Source: a virus (Duplodnaviria; Caudoviricetes). Taken from it: a DNA stretch of 64,000 nt. The translations under genes and the position numbers were made by a program. The DNA is taken from the IMG/VR virus record IMGVR_UViG_3300001580_000011, positions 34,257 through 98,256 of that record; one strand, given 5' to 3'. The notes beneath the pieces are model-generated. The model had not been told where the DNA came from, did not search any database, and worked only from the letters and a program-made list of their open reading frames with translations. This document shows positions 51,014-60,514 of the stretch, in pieces; positions within the stretch are counted from its first letter, which is position 1; each line of letters opens with the position of its first letter.

Positions 51014-51228
51014 TGTAAAGAGAGGACGAATGAAGCCCAGATAAAGGTGAATGAGCACCGTGGGTATCCGCTCCGTGAAACTCGGAGTGGGAACAGGCTA
51101 AAGGTAGAAAGAGTGACCGGACTCCCATTCCTAGCCCCGCCAGTCAGGCTGGACATCCGCCGGGATTGCCGTGATTGAAGCGACTCATGATAGCAGTGCG
51201 GGATAAGCTACCGATGCCTCTCTTTACA
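51014..51228 (+). ncRNA. Structured ncRNA (~215 nt) of unknown class
   Basis: 12-bp terminal stem TGTAAAGAGAGG/CCTCTCTTTACA and several GC-rich hairpins. Confidence 0.65.
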
Positions 51229-51239
51229 AAATAAAATAT

Positions 51240-51315
51240 GCCCCTGTAGTTGAAAAGGATCAACAAGAGTTTCCTAAACTCCATTATGCGGGTTCAAGTC
51301 CTGTCAGGGGCTCCA
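51240..51315 (+). tRNA. tRNA-Arg (CCT)
   Basis: GCCCCTG/CAGGGGC acceptor, TTCCTAA loop, GGTTCAAGTCC, CCA. Confidence 0.9.
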
Positions 51316-51322
51316 ATAACAT

Positions 51323-51445
51323 ATAGAGTAGCAATGTGTCAGCATTGGTAAGTGTCGGCGGGTCAGGAGCCAAAAAATTGTTCTGACATTACTTCTTTTT
51401 GGAAGACCTGTAATGGTGCCGGGTGGGGAATCCGGTCTACTCTAT
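51323..51445 (+). ncRNA. tRNA-like ncRNA A
   Basis: 9-bp terminal stem, D-like AGCA..GGTAAGTGT, T-like CGGGTGGGGAATCCG. Confidence 0.6.
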
Positions 51446-51453
51446 TATAATAA

Positions 51454-51603
51454 ATGGGATGTTGACCTTTAGCAAGTCAGGTAAGTGTTTCGATGTGCAG
51501 AAGTAAGGTCTACCTACCGTATCTTAGGGCCGCTAACCGTGAGTGCGCAAGTAGGAAGTATAGACCCCAAAGTGAATCGGGTGGGGAATCCGATACATCC
51601 CAT
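51454..51603 (+). ncRNA. tRNA-like ncRNA B (paralog of A)
   Basis: 9-bp terminal stem with the same D-like and T-like motifs. Confidence 0.6.
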
Positions 51604-51614
51604 GAAATAAAATT

Positions 51615-51887
51615 ATGGTAAAGAAAACAAACAAGAAATCAAATCTGAAAAGGAACATCAAAGGTCCCCATAAGGGGAAGAAGAGTGTTACTCCCTATAA
51701 ATTTTATATGGATAGGGACGAGATCATCAAAAAGAAACATAGAGAATATTTGGTTGATAAGATTATAGAAATGGCTATTTGTTCCAGCTCTGATACACGA
51801 AAGGTTGGTGAAGTAATACGAAAACATTTCAAGGATATCGACCTAAGCGAATTGACAGAAGAAGATTTCAATAGAAGAATAAAGTAA
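51615..51887 (+). CDS. Basic hypothetical protein
   Basis: 90 aa ORF within the tRNA cluster. Confidence 0.55.
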   Translation: MVKKTNKKSNLKRNIKGPHKGKKSVTPYKFYMDRDEIIKKKHREYLVDKIIEMAICSSSDTRKVGEVIRKHFKDIDLSELTEEDFNRRIK

Positions 51888-51890
51888 AAT

Positions 51891-51968
51891 ACGCCTGTCG
51901 CTCAATGGATAGAGCACTTGGCTTCGAACCAAGACAAATTGGGGGTTCAAATCCCTCCAGGCGCGCCA
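51891..51968 (+). tRNA. tRNA-Arg (TCG)
   Basis: Cloverleaf, CTTCGAA loop, GCCA end; A1:C72 mismatch. Confidence 0.92.
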
Positions 51969-51974
51969 ATAAAT

Positions 51975-52114
51975 TGACGGGAACCGCATCGTGGGTAGTG
52001 CAACAGGTATAGTCAATGACACTATCGGATAGAGAAGACCATAACAACCGTGCACGGTGAGTTATAATGTGAGTGTTGCCCGAGCTCAAGGCTGTTCGAA
52101 TCAGTTTCCTGTCA
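51975..52114 (+). ncRNA. tRNA-like ncRNA (~140 nt)
   Basis: Terminal stem TGACGGGAA/TTCCTGTCA whose 3' strand directly follows the T-arm CTG-TTCGAAT-CAG. Confidence 0.55.
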
Positions 52115-52185
52115 TTTGAAATTTTGGTGTATGGTGTGGCGCCATAAGATCACAGATTTGGCCTGTGACACACGCCTTGTATAAT

Positions 52186-52264
52186 GGGTCTGTCGCTCAA
52201 TTGGATAGAGCACCTGCCTACGAAGCAGGACAAGTTAGGGGTTCGAATCCTCTCAGGCCCACCA
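52186..52264 (+). tRNA. tRNA-Arg (ACG)
   Basis: Cloverleaf, CTACGAA loop, ACCA end. Confidence 0.95.
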
Positions 52265-52531
52265 ATTTTCACTTAAGGAGGTTTTACTATGAAAATGTGT
52301 GGACGTTGTTACGATGAGGTTGACGAACTATTTCCCTCAAATTGTTTTGATAAACCGGAAGAGTTAGCTGGGGAGGCAGCAATAGGAATGTATCATTGTC
52401 AGGATTGTGGGGCTATGGTTATCGCTGGAATGAAACATCCCGATATGTGTAAACAATGTATAGATAGAAAACACCCGGCGTTTGATTAGTTTTTTATAAA
52501 TATATGAGAACCTATACGGAGAAAGGAAACA

Positions 52532-53212
52532 ATGAAATTCGCAACATACTTATACGAGTTGACTGCCGGTGAAAAATTTGCAAAGGAACAGGCAAAGAAA
52601 TACAAGGGTGTTCCCCAAGATCAGGTTCCCATTGAGGACTTGTGGATATCCATGATGCAGGGTAATACCAAACTGGCGAGAAACATCAAGACCTTCAACC
52701 TACCTGCCATTTTGAGTTGCCCAAACTCCAAAGATTGTGCGAAAGATTGTTATGCCAAGAAGGCCGAAAGAATGAGGCCCGTTGTCCGTGCATCCCGTGG
52801 TCGTAACTTCCGTATGGCCAAAGAGAATACCGAAATGTTGAAAAAAAGAATTCTTCAACATTTGGTGAAAGGTGATGTAGTCCGTATCCACGAATCCGGT
52901 GATATGTTCAGCCAGGAATATCTGGATATGTGGTATGAGATAGCCAAGGAACGTCCCGATGTAATGTTTTATACTTATACAAAAACGGAGCATATTTGGG
53001 ATTGGTCAAAAATCAAGGCCCTTGAGAATTTCAATCTTGTCAGTTCTTTTGTTGGTGGTAAAATCAATTTTGGACCGGAAGATGAAATTAAAATTCGAGC
53101 ACAGGAATTGGGCGTTCCTATTTGTCCATGTAAAAAGGGCAATAAAGTAAAATGTGGTATTGATTGTAAAATTTGCTGGACTGAACCACAAGTATTGTTT
53201 GTCAAGCACTAA
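52532..53212 (+). CDS. Gp88-like Fe-S/radical-SAM-like phage protein
   Basis: FNLPA..SCP..C..CYA, RIHESGD, FYTYTK, C-terminal Cys cluster; TATAAATA at 52495. Confidence 0.78.
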   Translation: MKFATYLYELTAGEKFAKEQAKKYKGVPQDQVPIEDLWISMMQGNTKLARNIKTFNLPAILSCPNSKDCAKDCYAKKAERMRPVVRASRGRNFRMAKENTEMLKKRILQHLVKGDVVRIHESGDMFSQEYLDMWYEIAKERPDVMFYTYTKTEHIWDWSKIKALENFNLVSSFVGGKINFGPEDEIKIRAQELGVPICPCKKGNKVKCGIDCKICWTEPQVLFVKH

Positions 53213-53236
53213 TTAAAAGGATCAAATTGTGATGTT

Positions 53237-53761
53237 GTGAAAGAACCCCGTAAGTGGTATAGTATTAGCTTGACACACCTTCTCAAGTCTATTTTTTATA
53301 TCGGTTTACCATTTTTTTATCTATTTCCGTTAATGCTTGTTCCTTTATCTATGGTAACAGGCCATACCGTTTATTATAATATAAACCCCCCTTGTTTGGT
53401 TATCTATGATGAATTTATGATGCCGGAAAATTCAGCGGGTGCTACAAGGGCATATATTGTTTATATAAGACCTGAGCTTTATGATGAACCTATGGTTCAT
53501 CATCATGAATATAAACACGTTGAACAGTATTGGTATTCTTTAGGATTTCAAAAATTCTTTTATTTAAATTCGGTACAATACCGTTTATTATATGAATATG
53601 AAGCTTATGTTGAAGGCTTAAAATATTCCAATGACTTTGAAAACGATCTTTTAATGGCGGCGGCCGCCTTATCTAATCCTGCTTATAATTTAAGAATTTC
53701 TCCGGAATTGGCCTATCTGTTATTACAAAACGGTATAAATAAACATAGAGGAATTGAATGA
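53237..53761 (+). CDS. Putative zinc metallopeptidase-like protein
   Basis: HEYKH (HExxH) plus EYEAY; N-terminal TM. Confidence 0.6.
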   Translation: MKEPRKWYSISLTHLLKSIFYIGLPFFYLFPLMLVPLSMVTGHTVYYNINPPCLVIYDEFMMPENSAGATRAYIVYIRPELYDEPMVHHHEYKHVEQYWYSLGFQKFFYLNSVQYRLLYEYEAYVEGLKYSNDFENDLLMAAAALSNPAYNLRISPELAYLLLQNGINKHRGIE

Positions 53762-54036
53762 TGCCACTTTTTGAATTTGAATGTAATGAATGTAATACTA
53801 ATATTGAAACAATAGAGGGTTTCTTAAAGTCGGAAGAAGCTCATAGATGTCCAAAGTGTGGTCGTATAATGTGTAAAGTAGTTGGGTCAAAAATGACTTT
53901 TAAACTTCTTTATGATCCCAAGAAAGATATAGTATCTTGGGGGAACGAGGGTTATTCAAGAACCCAAAGATATAGGGAGCAGGATAAACTTGCCAAAAAG
54001 AATATATTTCCAATGCCGGTAAAAAAAGGAAAATGA
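53758..54036 (+). CDS. FmdB-family zinc-ribbon protein
   Basis: MPLFEFECNEC..CPKCG. Confidence 0.8.
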   Translation: MMPLFEFECNECNTNIETIEGFLKSEEAHRCPKCGRIMCKVVGSKMTFKLLYDPKKDIVSWGNEGYSRTQRYREQDKLAKKNIFPMPVKKGK

Positions 54037-55124
54037 AAGTAACTATATTATTACCCACCAAACAAAGTGAGCTTATTTTTCAAAAACTGAAAGGGTTGTT
54101 AGAACCGGCTGATAGAGTAATTGCTTTTGATATTCCAAAGTTTCCTGCCAGAAAGTTGGATGAAATGCTTTGGAAAGAGGTTCCAGATCAAAATACTTTG
54201 GTTATTATGATGAATCCCCATACATTGGATGTTGAAGCAGATTTTATTGAAGTGTTTAGAATGTTTCATAACTCACCTACGGATGTTTTTGTCAGATCGC
54301 CTTTGGAATCTTTCGATGAATTTTATCCAGAGAAAAATTTAAATTCAATTCGTCCCGGTGATTGTATTGCATTTCATAGAGCAATGTATAAAAGACAACT
54401 TACCGATATATCTCCGCATGTAGATTTTACTACTTGTATAAAAGAAATCATCCGCTTTTGTGGTAGGGGGACTTTTTATACACCAATGCGATCTCCACTA
54501 AAGATACAGGAAATCCAACATAAGGAAGAAATAAAAATCATCGAAGATCAGCAGAATAAAAGGCTGGTATTGATGAATAGATTGAATGAGATTAGGGAGA
54601 AAAGAAGGCAGAGGGAGGAAGAAAAGTCAAGAAAGATAGAACAGATCAGTAGGCTTCAATATGAATTGTCTCAACTGGAAATTGAAATTCAAACTAATGA
54701 GGCTTATGTAAAACAGCAAGAAGAGGAAATTAAAAAACTGGAATTGGCTAGTATTGAAGAATATAAGCAAAAAGAGGTAGCCTTATTTTCTATACAGGAA
54801 AAGATAAAGGCACAATCTGCTGCGATCCAGGAGTTAAAAATAAAAATAGAAAATGAGTTTATAACCGAAGAATATATTAGAAAAGAAAGAGAATTAAAAT
54901 ATGAAGAACAGAAGTTGGAGCTTCAAAAAAAGGCTGTTCGAGAGAAAGAAGAAAAAATGAAAGATCAGATAAAACGATCTATCAGTAGAAAAAGAGAAAC
55001 TAAAAAACAGGATGTGAATAGACAATATCTTACTGAAAATCCACAAACAAGAAGAATAGTTTTGAGTGAAATACCAAAGACAAAAGAAAACATTATAGGG
55101 GTTCAAAAAATAGATTGGGATTGA
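54033..55124 (+). CDS. Protein with a long C-terminal coiled coil
   Basis: E/K/Q-rich heptads over the C-terminal half. Confidence 0.7.
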   Translation: MKVTILLPTKQSELIFQKLKGLLEPADRVIAFDIPKFPARKLDEMLWKEVPDQNTLVIMMNPHTLDVEADFIEVFRMFHNSPTDVFVRSPLESFDEFYPEKNLNSIRPGDCIAFHRAMYKRQLTDISPHVDFTTCIKEIIRFCGRGTFYTPMRSPLKIQEIQHKEEIKIIEDQQNKRLVLMNRLNEIREKRRQREEEKSRKIEQISRLQYELSQLEIEIQTNEAYVKQQEEEIKKLELASIEEYKQKEVALFSIQEKIKAQSAAIQELKIKIENEFITEEYIRKERELKYEEQKLELQKKAVREKEEKMKDQIKRSISRKRETKKQDVNRQYLTENPQTRRIVLSEIPKTKENIIGVQKIDWD

Positions 55125-55125
55125 T

Positions 55126-55854
55126 ATGAAATTTGTTATTTTTTCGGCCGGTTATAATGCTGAGAAATATGTTAAAGAACATATGAAAAGCATACAAAAT
55201 CAGTTATACAAAAATTATATTCATATAATTGTCGATGATTGCTCACAGGATAAAACTCTATATGAAATAAATAAATATGTGGATGATAAAACAATAGTTT
55301 ATAAAAACACCGTCAATCAAAAATGGATTCCAAATGCTCTCAAATATTTACCATTATATCTTCAACCAGACGATGTAGTTGTTCTTGTCGATTTAGACGA
55401 TTCCCTCGCGCATAATTCTGTTTTAAATAAAATTCAAAAATCTTATATCAAAAATAATTGTTGGATGACATATAGTTTATTTCGTTATTCCAATGGTCGA
55501 ACATCAAATTGGATTCCTCGATATACACAGGAAATATATGAAAAGAAACTATATCGTAACACAATATGGTCTTTCGGTCATTTGCGTACATTCAAGGGAT
55601 TTTTATGGAATGCTTTGAATAAAGAAGATTTGAAGGATGCGGATGGTAATTATTTCAAATATTGTTATGATAGAGCAATTTTCTATCCGATGCTTGAAAT
55701 GTGCCCAGTAGGAAAGGTTTACTTTATTGATGACGTAATGTATAATTATAATGACGATAATGTTTTGCAAGTAGAAAAAATACATCGAAAAGAACAAGAG
55801 GAAATTAGAGATTATCTGAATGGAAAGAAAAAATATCAAACACTTCTGCCTTAG
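55126..55854 (+). CDS. GT2 family glycosyltransferase
   Basis: GYNAEKY, IVDDCSQD, VDLDD, HLRTFK. Confidence 0.88.
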   Translation: MKFVIFSAGYNAEKYVKEHMKSIQNQLYKNYIHIIVDDCSQDKTLYEINKYVDDKTIVYKNTVNQKWIPNALKYLPLYLQPDDVVVLVDLDDSLAHNSVLNKIQKSYIKNNCWMTYSLFRYSNGRTSNWIPRYTQEIYEKKLYRNTIWSFGHLRTFKGFLWNALNKEDLKDADGNYFKYCYDRAIFYPMLEMCPVGKVYFIDDVMYNYNDDNVLQVEKIHRKEQEEIRDYLNGKKKYQTLLP

Positions 55855-55886
55855 TTAACGGAAGAGTCACGGGGGTAAATTGATTT

Positions 55887-56363
55887 ATGTCACACTTTCC
55901 AAATGAAGTCGTCGTTACGGGTCGTGAATGGAAAACAAAGAAGAGAAAGTATACGTTTGAAGAAGTAAAATTATCAATAGAAACAGAAGGGTATAAACTT
56001 TTACAGTCGGAATATACTAATAGTAAGACTAAAATAAAGGTTTGTTGTTCTAATGGACATGAAAGAGAGATTAGATTTGATAACTGGTTAGCTGGCCATA
56101 GGTGTCCAAGTTGTCGAAATTACAAGGCGTTATCACCAAAATGGAAGACAGCCAGGCGCGATATGGAAAAACGTGGGTACAAAATCATATGCGAACCGGA
56201 GAAAAACTCAGCCAAAGTCAGCCTGGAATGTTCTAAGGGTCATATATTCAATATCACGATATACAACTGGCTAAAAGGCGGTCGTTGTCCGGTATGTCCG
56301 AGGTCTGAGAGATATAATGAAAAACGGTTTTTGAACTTGACAAAGTGTTATAGAAAAAAATGA
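55887..56363 (+). CDS. Zinc-ribbon repeat protein (homing-endonuclease-type DNA-binding repeats, no nuclease domain seen)
   Basis: Two C.xGH...G.RCPxC repeats. Confidence 0.7.
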   Translation: MSHFPNEVVVTGREWKTKKRKYTFEEVKLSIETEGYKLLQSEYTNSKTKIKVCCSNGHEREIRFDNWLAGHRCPSCRNYKALSPKWKTARRDMEKRGYKIICEPEKNSAKVSLECSKGHIFNITIYNWLKGGRCPVCPRSERYNEKRFLNLTKCYRKK

Positions 56364-56803
56364 TAGCTGTAAATAAATCAATAGAAAATATCCTTTATGA
56401 TATAGAAAACAAAGAAACTATATCACCGCCTCCTATGCAAAGAAAGGTGAGGGGAAAAGTACTACCTAATAAAACAGTAAAAATTATATGGGATGATGGT
56501 AAAGAGGACTTTGGATATCTCTTTGTTATGCCTGGATGCGAAGGTGGATTTTGGAACATGGTTGTTCATGTAGAAACCCCTACTGGAGAAAATGAACCAA
56601 TTTGGTGTACACTGTCTCGATTATCCTCATTCAGAAAAGTAATATACATTGACATACTATAATAAAATAAAACATTGGCTTGCTTATAAATTTAGTTGGA
56701 ACAGCGGAATCATTGAAACGTGGTGGGAAGATGGATATTTGATGGTTGGATTTCGATGTAGTGGTTGTGGAAAACTTCAAGATTCTATAATGATGAATAT
56801 AAA

Positions 56804-57127
56804 ATGTCCAAAACTAGAGTTGTAAACATAAATAAAGAGATATACGATGTTTATATTGGGCGGCCAAGTAAATGGGGCTGCCCTTTTGTTATTGGAAAAG
56901 ACGGAACAAGAAAGGAAGTCATAGCGAAGTATCGAACGTGGGTGCTTAGTCAACCGCATTTAATAAAATCATTAGATGAATTGAAAGGAAAAAGATTAGG
57001 TTGCTACTGCGCGCCGCGGCCTTGCCATGGTGATATCTTGGTAAAGATGATAGAGGAGAAAGAAGCAGATGAAAAGGTATTTGAAATATTTGAGATATGT
57101 ATTGAAGCACAAAATGTTTGTAGCTAA
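56804..57127 (+). CDS. DUF4326-like protein
   Basis: DVYIGRPSKWGCPF..LGCYCAPRPCHGDIL. Confidence 0.85.
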   Translation: MSKTRVVNINKEIYDVYIGRPSKWGCPFVIGKDGTRKEVIAKYRTWVLSQPHLIKSLDELKGKRLGCYCAPRPCHGDILVKMIEEKEADEKVFEIFEICIEAQNVCS

Positions 57128-57566
57128 AGAGTGCTTCAAGGAAAAACTTTACCTTCAAGGTATTTTTCACGATTGGACAAAATTAACTTGGAAAGAATTT
57201 TCAGCATATGCTAATCATTTTTATGGTGAAGGCAATGAAGCAAAATATAAGGCTTTCGCCAATACAAAAGGTGGTTATGCAAAAACAGATGATGAAACAG
57301 ATAGTGTGTTCAATGATGCTTGGCTTCATCACGTTCATCATAATCCCCATCATTGGCAATATTGGGTTATGATCAATGGTAACGGTGATAAACCATTAGA
57401 AATGCCTATGAAGTATCGTAAAGAAATGGTATGTGATTGGATAGGGGCTGGTAGATCACAGGGTCGTGGTTGGAAGAACGAAGTTTCTGATTGGTATAAT
57501 GCGCATAAGATGTCTATAAAGTTAGGACAAGAGACAAAGAAGTGGGTAGAAGAAAGACTCAAGTAA
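57069..57566 (+). CDS. HD-like (DUF5662-type) protein
   Basis: HK..HDWTK..AWLHH...NPHHWQYW..EMVCDW. Confidence 0.8.
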   Translation: MKRYLKYLRYVLKHKMFVAKECFKEKLYLQGIFHDWTKLTWKEFSAYANHFYGEGNEAKYKAFANTKGGYAKTDDETDSVFNDAWLHHVHHNPHHWQYWVMINGNGDKPLEMPMKYRKEMVCDWIGAGRSQGRGWKNEVSDWYNAHKMSIKLGQETKKWVEERLK

Positions 57567-58392
57567 GGATTTTTTCAATATAACACATCATCATATCGGA
57601 AATATACTCCGATGTAGCAATTTTTTCCGCATAAACAGTTAGACATTTCCTATTTCCTAAATAATATAAACCATTTTCTTTATATTGGTTTACATTATCA
57701 CCCCAAGAAAAAACGGGTATTTTTTGTTGATTACATAAAATTGTCCAATGTCCTGCGGGACAAATAACTATATCTGCTTCAGACAAATACTTTATAATGT
57801 ATTTATATCCATTCTCAAAATAATCGACCTCCCGCAAAATAATATTTTTATCACAGAGATGTGTCTTGAAATCTCCAGCAACTGCCAGGTGTCCATTATA
57901 ACGTTTACGAAGGGTATTATAGATCGCTGTTGCTCGGATTATATCTTCTTTTATATCTGGAATATAAAGTATCTTATATTTCTTTCTTATTTTTATATTA
58001 GGTATTGATATAGGAATGAATTGTTTATTATAAAACGGGTATTGATTACCGTTTTTTGATTGTGATATTGCAATTGTTGTAATATCTTTCTTATTTATTC
58101 CTTTTGCTGTGATTTGTTCCTTGAATATTTTTGTAAGAAGTGTATGGTCTTTTGCCTGGAGTGATTCGTGGGTAAATCCCTTTTGGGATAATTCGTTTCT
58201 ACTGAGGGTTTCATAAATAGGAAAGATGTTATCTTTATTTACCCAATCGTATAGGAATGAACGATTGAAATGAGTAGAAAGAAAAACACTATCTGGATTC
58301 AGTGTATTGTATACCCAGTATGCGCAAGGACGGAAATTGAATATTTCCTGTTCCCAATCTCCTGTAAAGGGGCCACAAGCGAGAACCGTCAT
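57559..58392 (-). CDS. Hypothetical protein (possibly GT-B-like)
   Basis: 277 aa; ADIVICPAGHW..IPVFSWG. Confidence 0.6.
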   Translation of the reverse strand: MTVLACGPFTGDWEQEIFNFRPCAYWVYNTLNPDSVFLSTHFNRSFLYDWVNKDNIFPIYETLSRNELSQKGFTHESLQAKDHTLLTKIFKEQITAKGINKKDITTIAISQSKNGNQYPFYNKQFIPISIPNIKIRKKYKILYIPDIKEDIIRATAIYNTLRKRYNGHLAVAGDFKTHLCDKNIILREVDYFENGYKYIIKYLSEADIVICPAGHWTILCNQQKIPVFSWGDNVNQYKENGLYYLGNRKCLTVYAEKIATSEYISDMMMCYIEKILT

Positions 58393-58877
58393 TAACCTAC
58401 AATAACGTTACCATCCCACGGGTCAAGAATTGTCTTATACTTATCAAAATCTTCTTTCGAGACTTTTATAACTTCGACGTTTCTCAAAATATCGGGAAGT
58501 AAAGTGTCAAGAATAAGCGTTTTTTCTATATTGGAAAAGACCGTCGTATCAAGAAGAACTTTATTATTCTTTCTAAAAAATGAAATAAAACCCGATCCTG
58601 TAGTATTTTTTACATAATATTTTTTTGATGTTTCCTTCAAGATAGTATTGTATATTCTAATATTATCCGATATGATAAATCTATTTGTTTTTGGATATAG
58701 AGCCAACACAGTATCAATCTTTTCTTTGGTAGGATCGGTAAAGGCCATTTCTATAAGATGAACGCGAGGGATGGATAACATCTTTTCATCATTCAAGTTC
58801 TCTTCATTCACAATTATATGATCGAGGCCTGGGACCGTTATCTTCATATTCAATCTCCTATTTTTGTAACACTCCAT
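58392..58877 (-). CDS. Hypothetical protein
   Basis: 161 aa, translationally coupled to the next gene. Confidence 0.6.
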   Translation of the reverse strand: MECYKNRRLNMKITVPGLDHIIVNEENLNDEKMLSIPRVHLIEMAFTDPTKEKIDTVLALYPKTNRFIISDNIRIYNTILKETSKKYYVKNTTGSGFISFFRKNNKVLLDTTVFSNIEKTLILDTLLPDILRNVEVIKVSKEDFDKYKTILDPWDGNVIVG

Positions 58878-58977
58878 CCGGCACGGGTTTTTCTTTTTCC
58901 GTTTGCGAGGGATTTTACTGTTTTTCCGATATATAATTTACCGTTTATTTTGTTTACTGCTTTATATATTATCACTG

Positions 58978-59976
58978 TTATCTCATTCCCAACCTAATCT
59001 TGGTAGTAAATTTGTCATAACTATTTTCCATTACAAAGTCATAAATATTTTCAATACCACAGTCGGTAACAAGCTGATTCAAATCTTTAATCTCCTTATA
59101 TTTATAAGGCATAATAAAGAATTTGGCCTTATTTATGAAATTTTCTTTCAGAAGAATAAATAATTTTTCCATTCCTGTTTTATCATTATCCAAAACAATA
59201 ATGATTCCACGATCTGATAGTTTCTCAATTTTTTTATAGAAGCCTTCACTCAAGGATGCACCTAAGCAGGACGTTCCTTGATTACCTATCATAAACGCAT
59301 CAATCAAACCTTCTGTTACTATTATGTATAAATTTTTGTCAAAGTTTTCTTCATTATGAACAACATTTTCTTTTTCCACTATCGGATTTAAATATTTTGG
59401 TTCAATATCCACCAATGCTCTACCTTGAAAATAGATAATATGACCGTCTTTATAGACGGGGATGATGGCCCTGCCCCTATATCTTCCCTTTATTGCGACT
59501 AGTATTTGATTTGCTATTTCATATGGCAGTTTTCTTTTTTCAATAAAATTTACTAAAGCACTCTGATATTTTTTTTCAATATATCCTTCAACAGGATCAA
59601 CTATACTTATACAATCCTCTACAATATTATCCATATTGACAATATGGTTTTCTTTCTTTATTTTTCTATCAATTCCTGTCAATTCTCTTTTTATCCGTGT
59701 TGGATCATAAGAGTATATCTCTTTTTTGGCCTCTTCAATCGCTATACACTTTACACGTGCATATAATTGTATAAACGATCCCGACCTATCACAGTTGAAG
59801 CAATGGTATCCAGGTTCTCCATTGTTCCAATCGAGATGAAATCTTTTTTTATAAGGATTTTTCTTGGAATCACCACAGAGAATACATCGGGCATGAAAGT
59901 GAGAACCACCTTTACTTGTGGTTACTTTGGGGAAATACTCATAAATAAAGTCGCGAACCACAGATAACGATAACAT
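58978..59976 (-). CDS. DNA primase (T4 gp61-like; zinc finger plus TOPRIM)
   Basis: RCILCGDS..YHCFNC, FQGR, KYLNP, VTEGLIDA, LDNDKTG, KDLN. Confidence 0.92.
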   Translation of the reverse strand: MLSLSVVRDFIYEYFPKVTTSKGGSHFHARCILCGDSKKNPYKKRFHLDWNNGEPGYHCFNCDRSGSFIQLYARVKCIAIEEAKKEIYSYDPTRIKRELTGIDRKIKKENHIVNMDNIVEDCISIVDPVEGYIEKKYQSALVNFIEKRKLPYEIANQILVAIKGRYRGRAIIPVYKDGHIIYFQGRALVDIEPKYLNPIVEKENVVHNEENFDKNLYIIVTEGLIDAFMIGNQGTSCLGASLSEGFYKKIEKLSDRGIIIVLDNDKTGMEKLFILLKENFINKAKFFIMPYKYKEIKDLNQLVTDCGIENIYDFVMENSYDKFTTKIRLGMR

Positions 59977-60155
59977 TTTTTATTCGTCCATACTTTCCCA
60001 CTCGATGCACTCAAATTCATAAGGGGTAAACAGAATGATTTTCTTTATATTGGTTTCAGTAAAGTGATTGAATTTACAGAAAACGATATTATTTATTGTT
60101 TTACAATGGAAACAATTTATACAGGATGGAGGCCTTTCGTTTTTTTTCGGTTCCA

Positions 60156-60500
60156 TTATGCCTCTCCGATACTCGGAGTATTTCTCACAGCATCTTCAAT
60201 TACGATTTTTTGTATGTCTTTCGGTAACATATTTATAAAGGCCTTCAGGTCCTTTACTGATTGATCTTGCTGTAACATTTTTGCCATTACAGCTGCTACT
60301 TGAAATGGCGGCCATGATGTATCAAGACTTTGAACACCATAATAAAATTTCTTTAATCCTCGTCGTAATGTTTGTGATACTGCTTGTCTTGAGATACCCA
60401 TTGACTTTGCAATATTTGACAACTTTTCATCACCGGTTGATGGGATATAATCGGTTGCTATCACTTTTTTTGTTTTTCGTGTTAGCTTTCGCTTTTTCAT
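60156..60500 (-). CDS. HTH protein (sigma region 4-like); paralog of 60515
   Basis: IAKSMGISRQAVSQTL. Confidence 0.75.
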   Translation of the reverse strand: MKKRKLTRKTKKVIATDYIPSTGDEKLSNIAKSMGISRQAVSQTLRRGLKKFYYGVQSLDTSWPPFQVAAVMAKMLQQDQSVKDLKAFINMLPKDIQKIVIEDAVRNTPSIGEA

Positions 60501-60514
60501 TTTTCCTCCACAAA

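Noticed and set aside
51014-51228. RNase P RNA, SRP RNA or tmRNA
   Set aside because: Lacks the GAGGAAAGUCC/P4, SRP domain IV and tmRNA terminal consensus sequences
50816-52089. Minus-strand ORFs over the tRNA cluster
   Set aside because: They are antisense shadows of RNA genes
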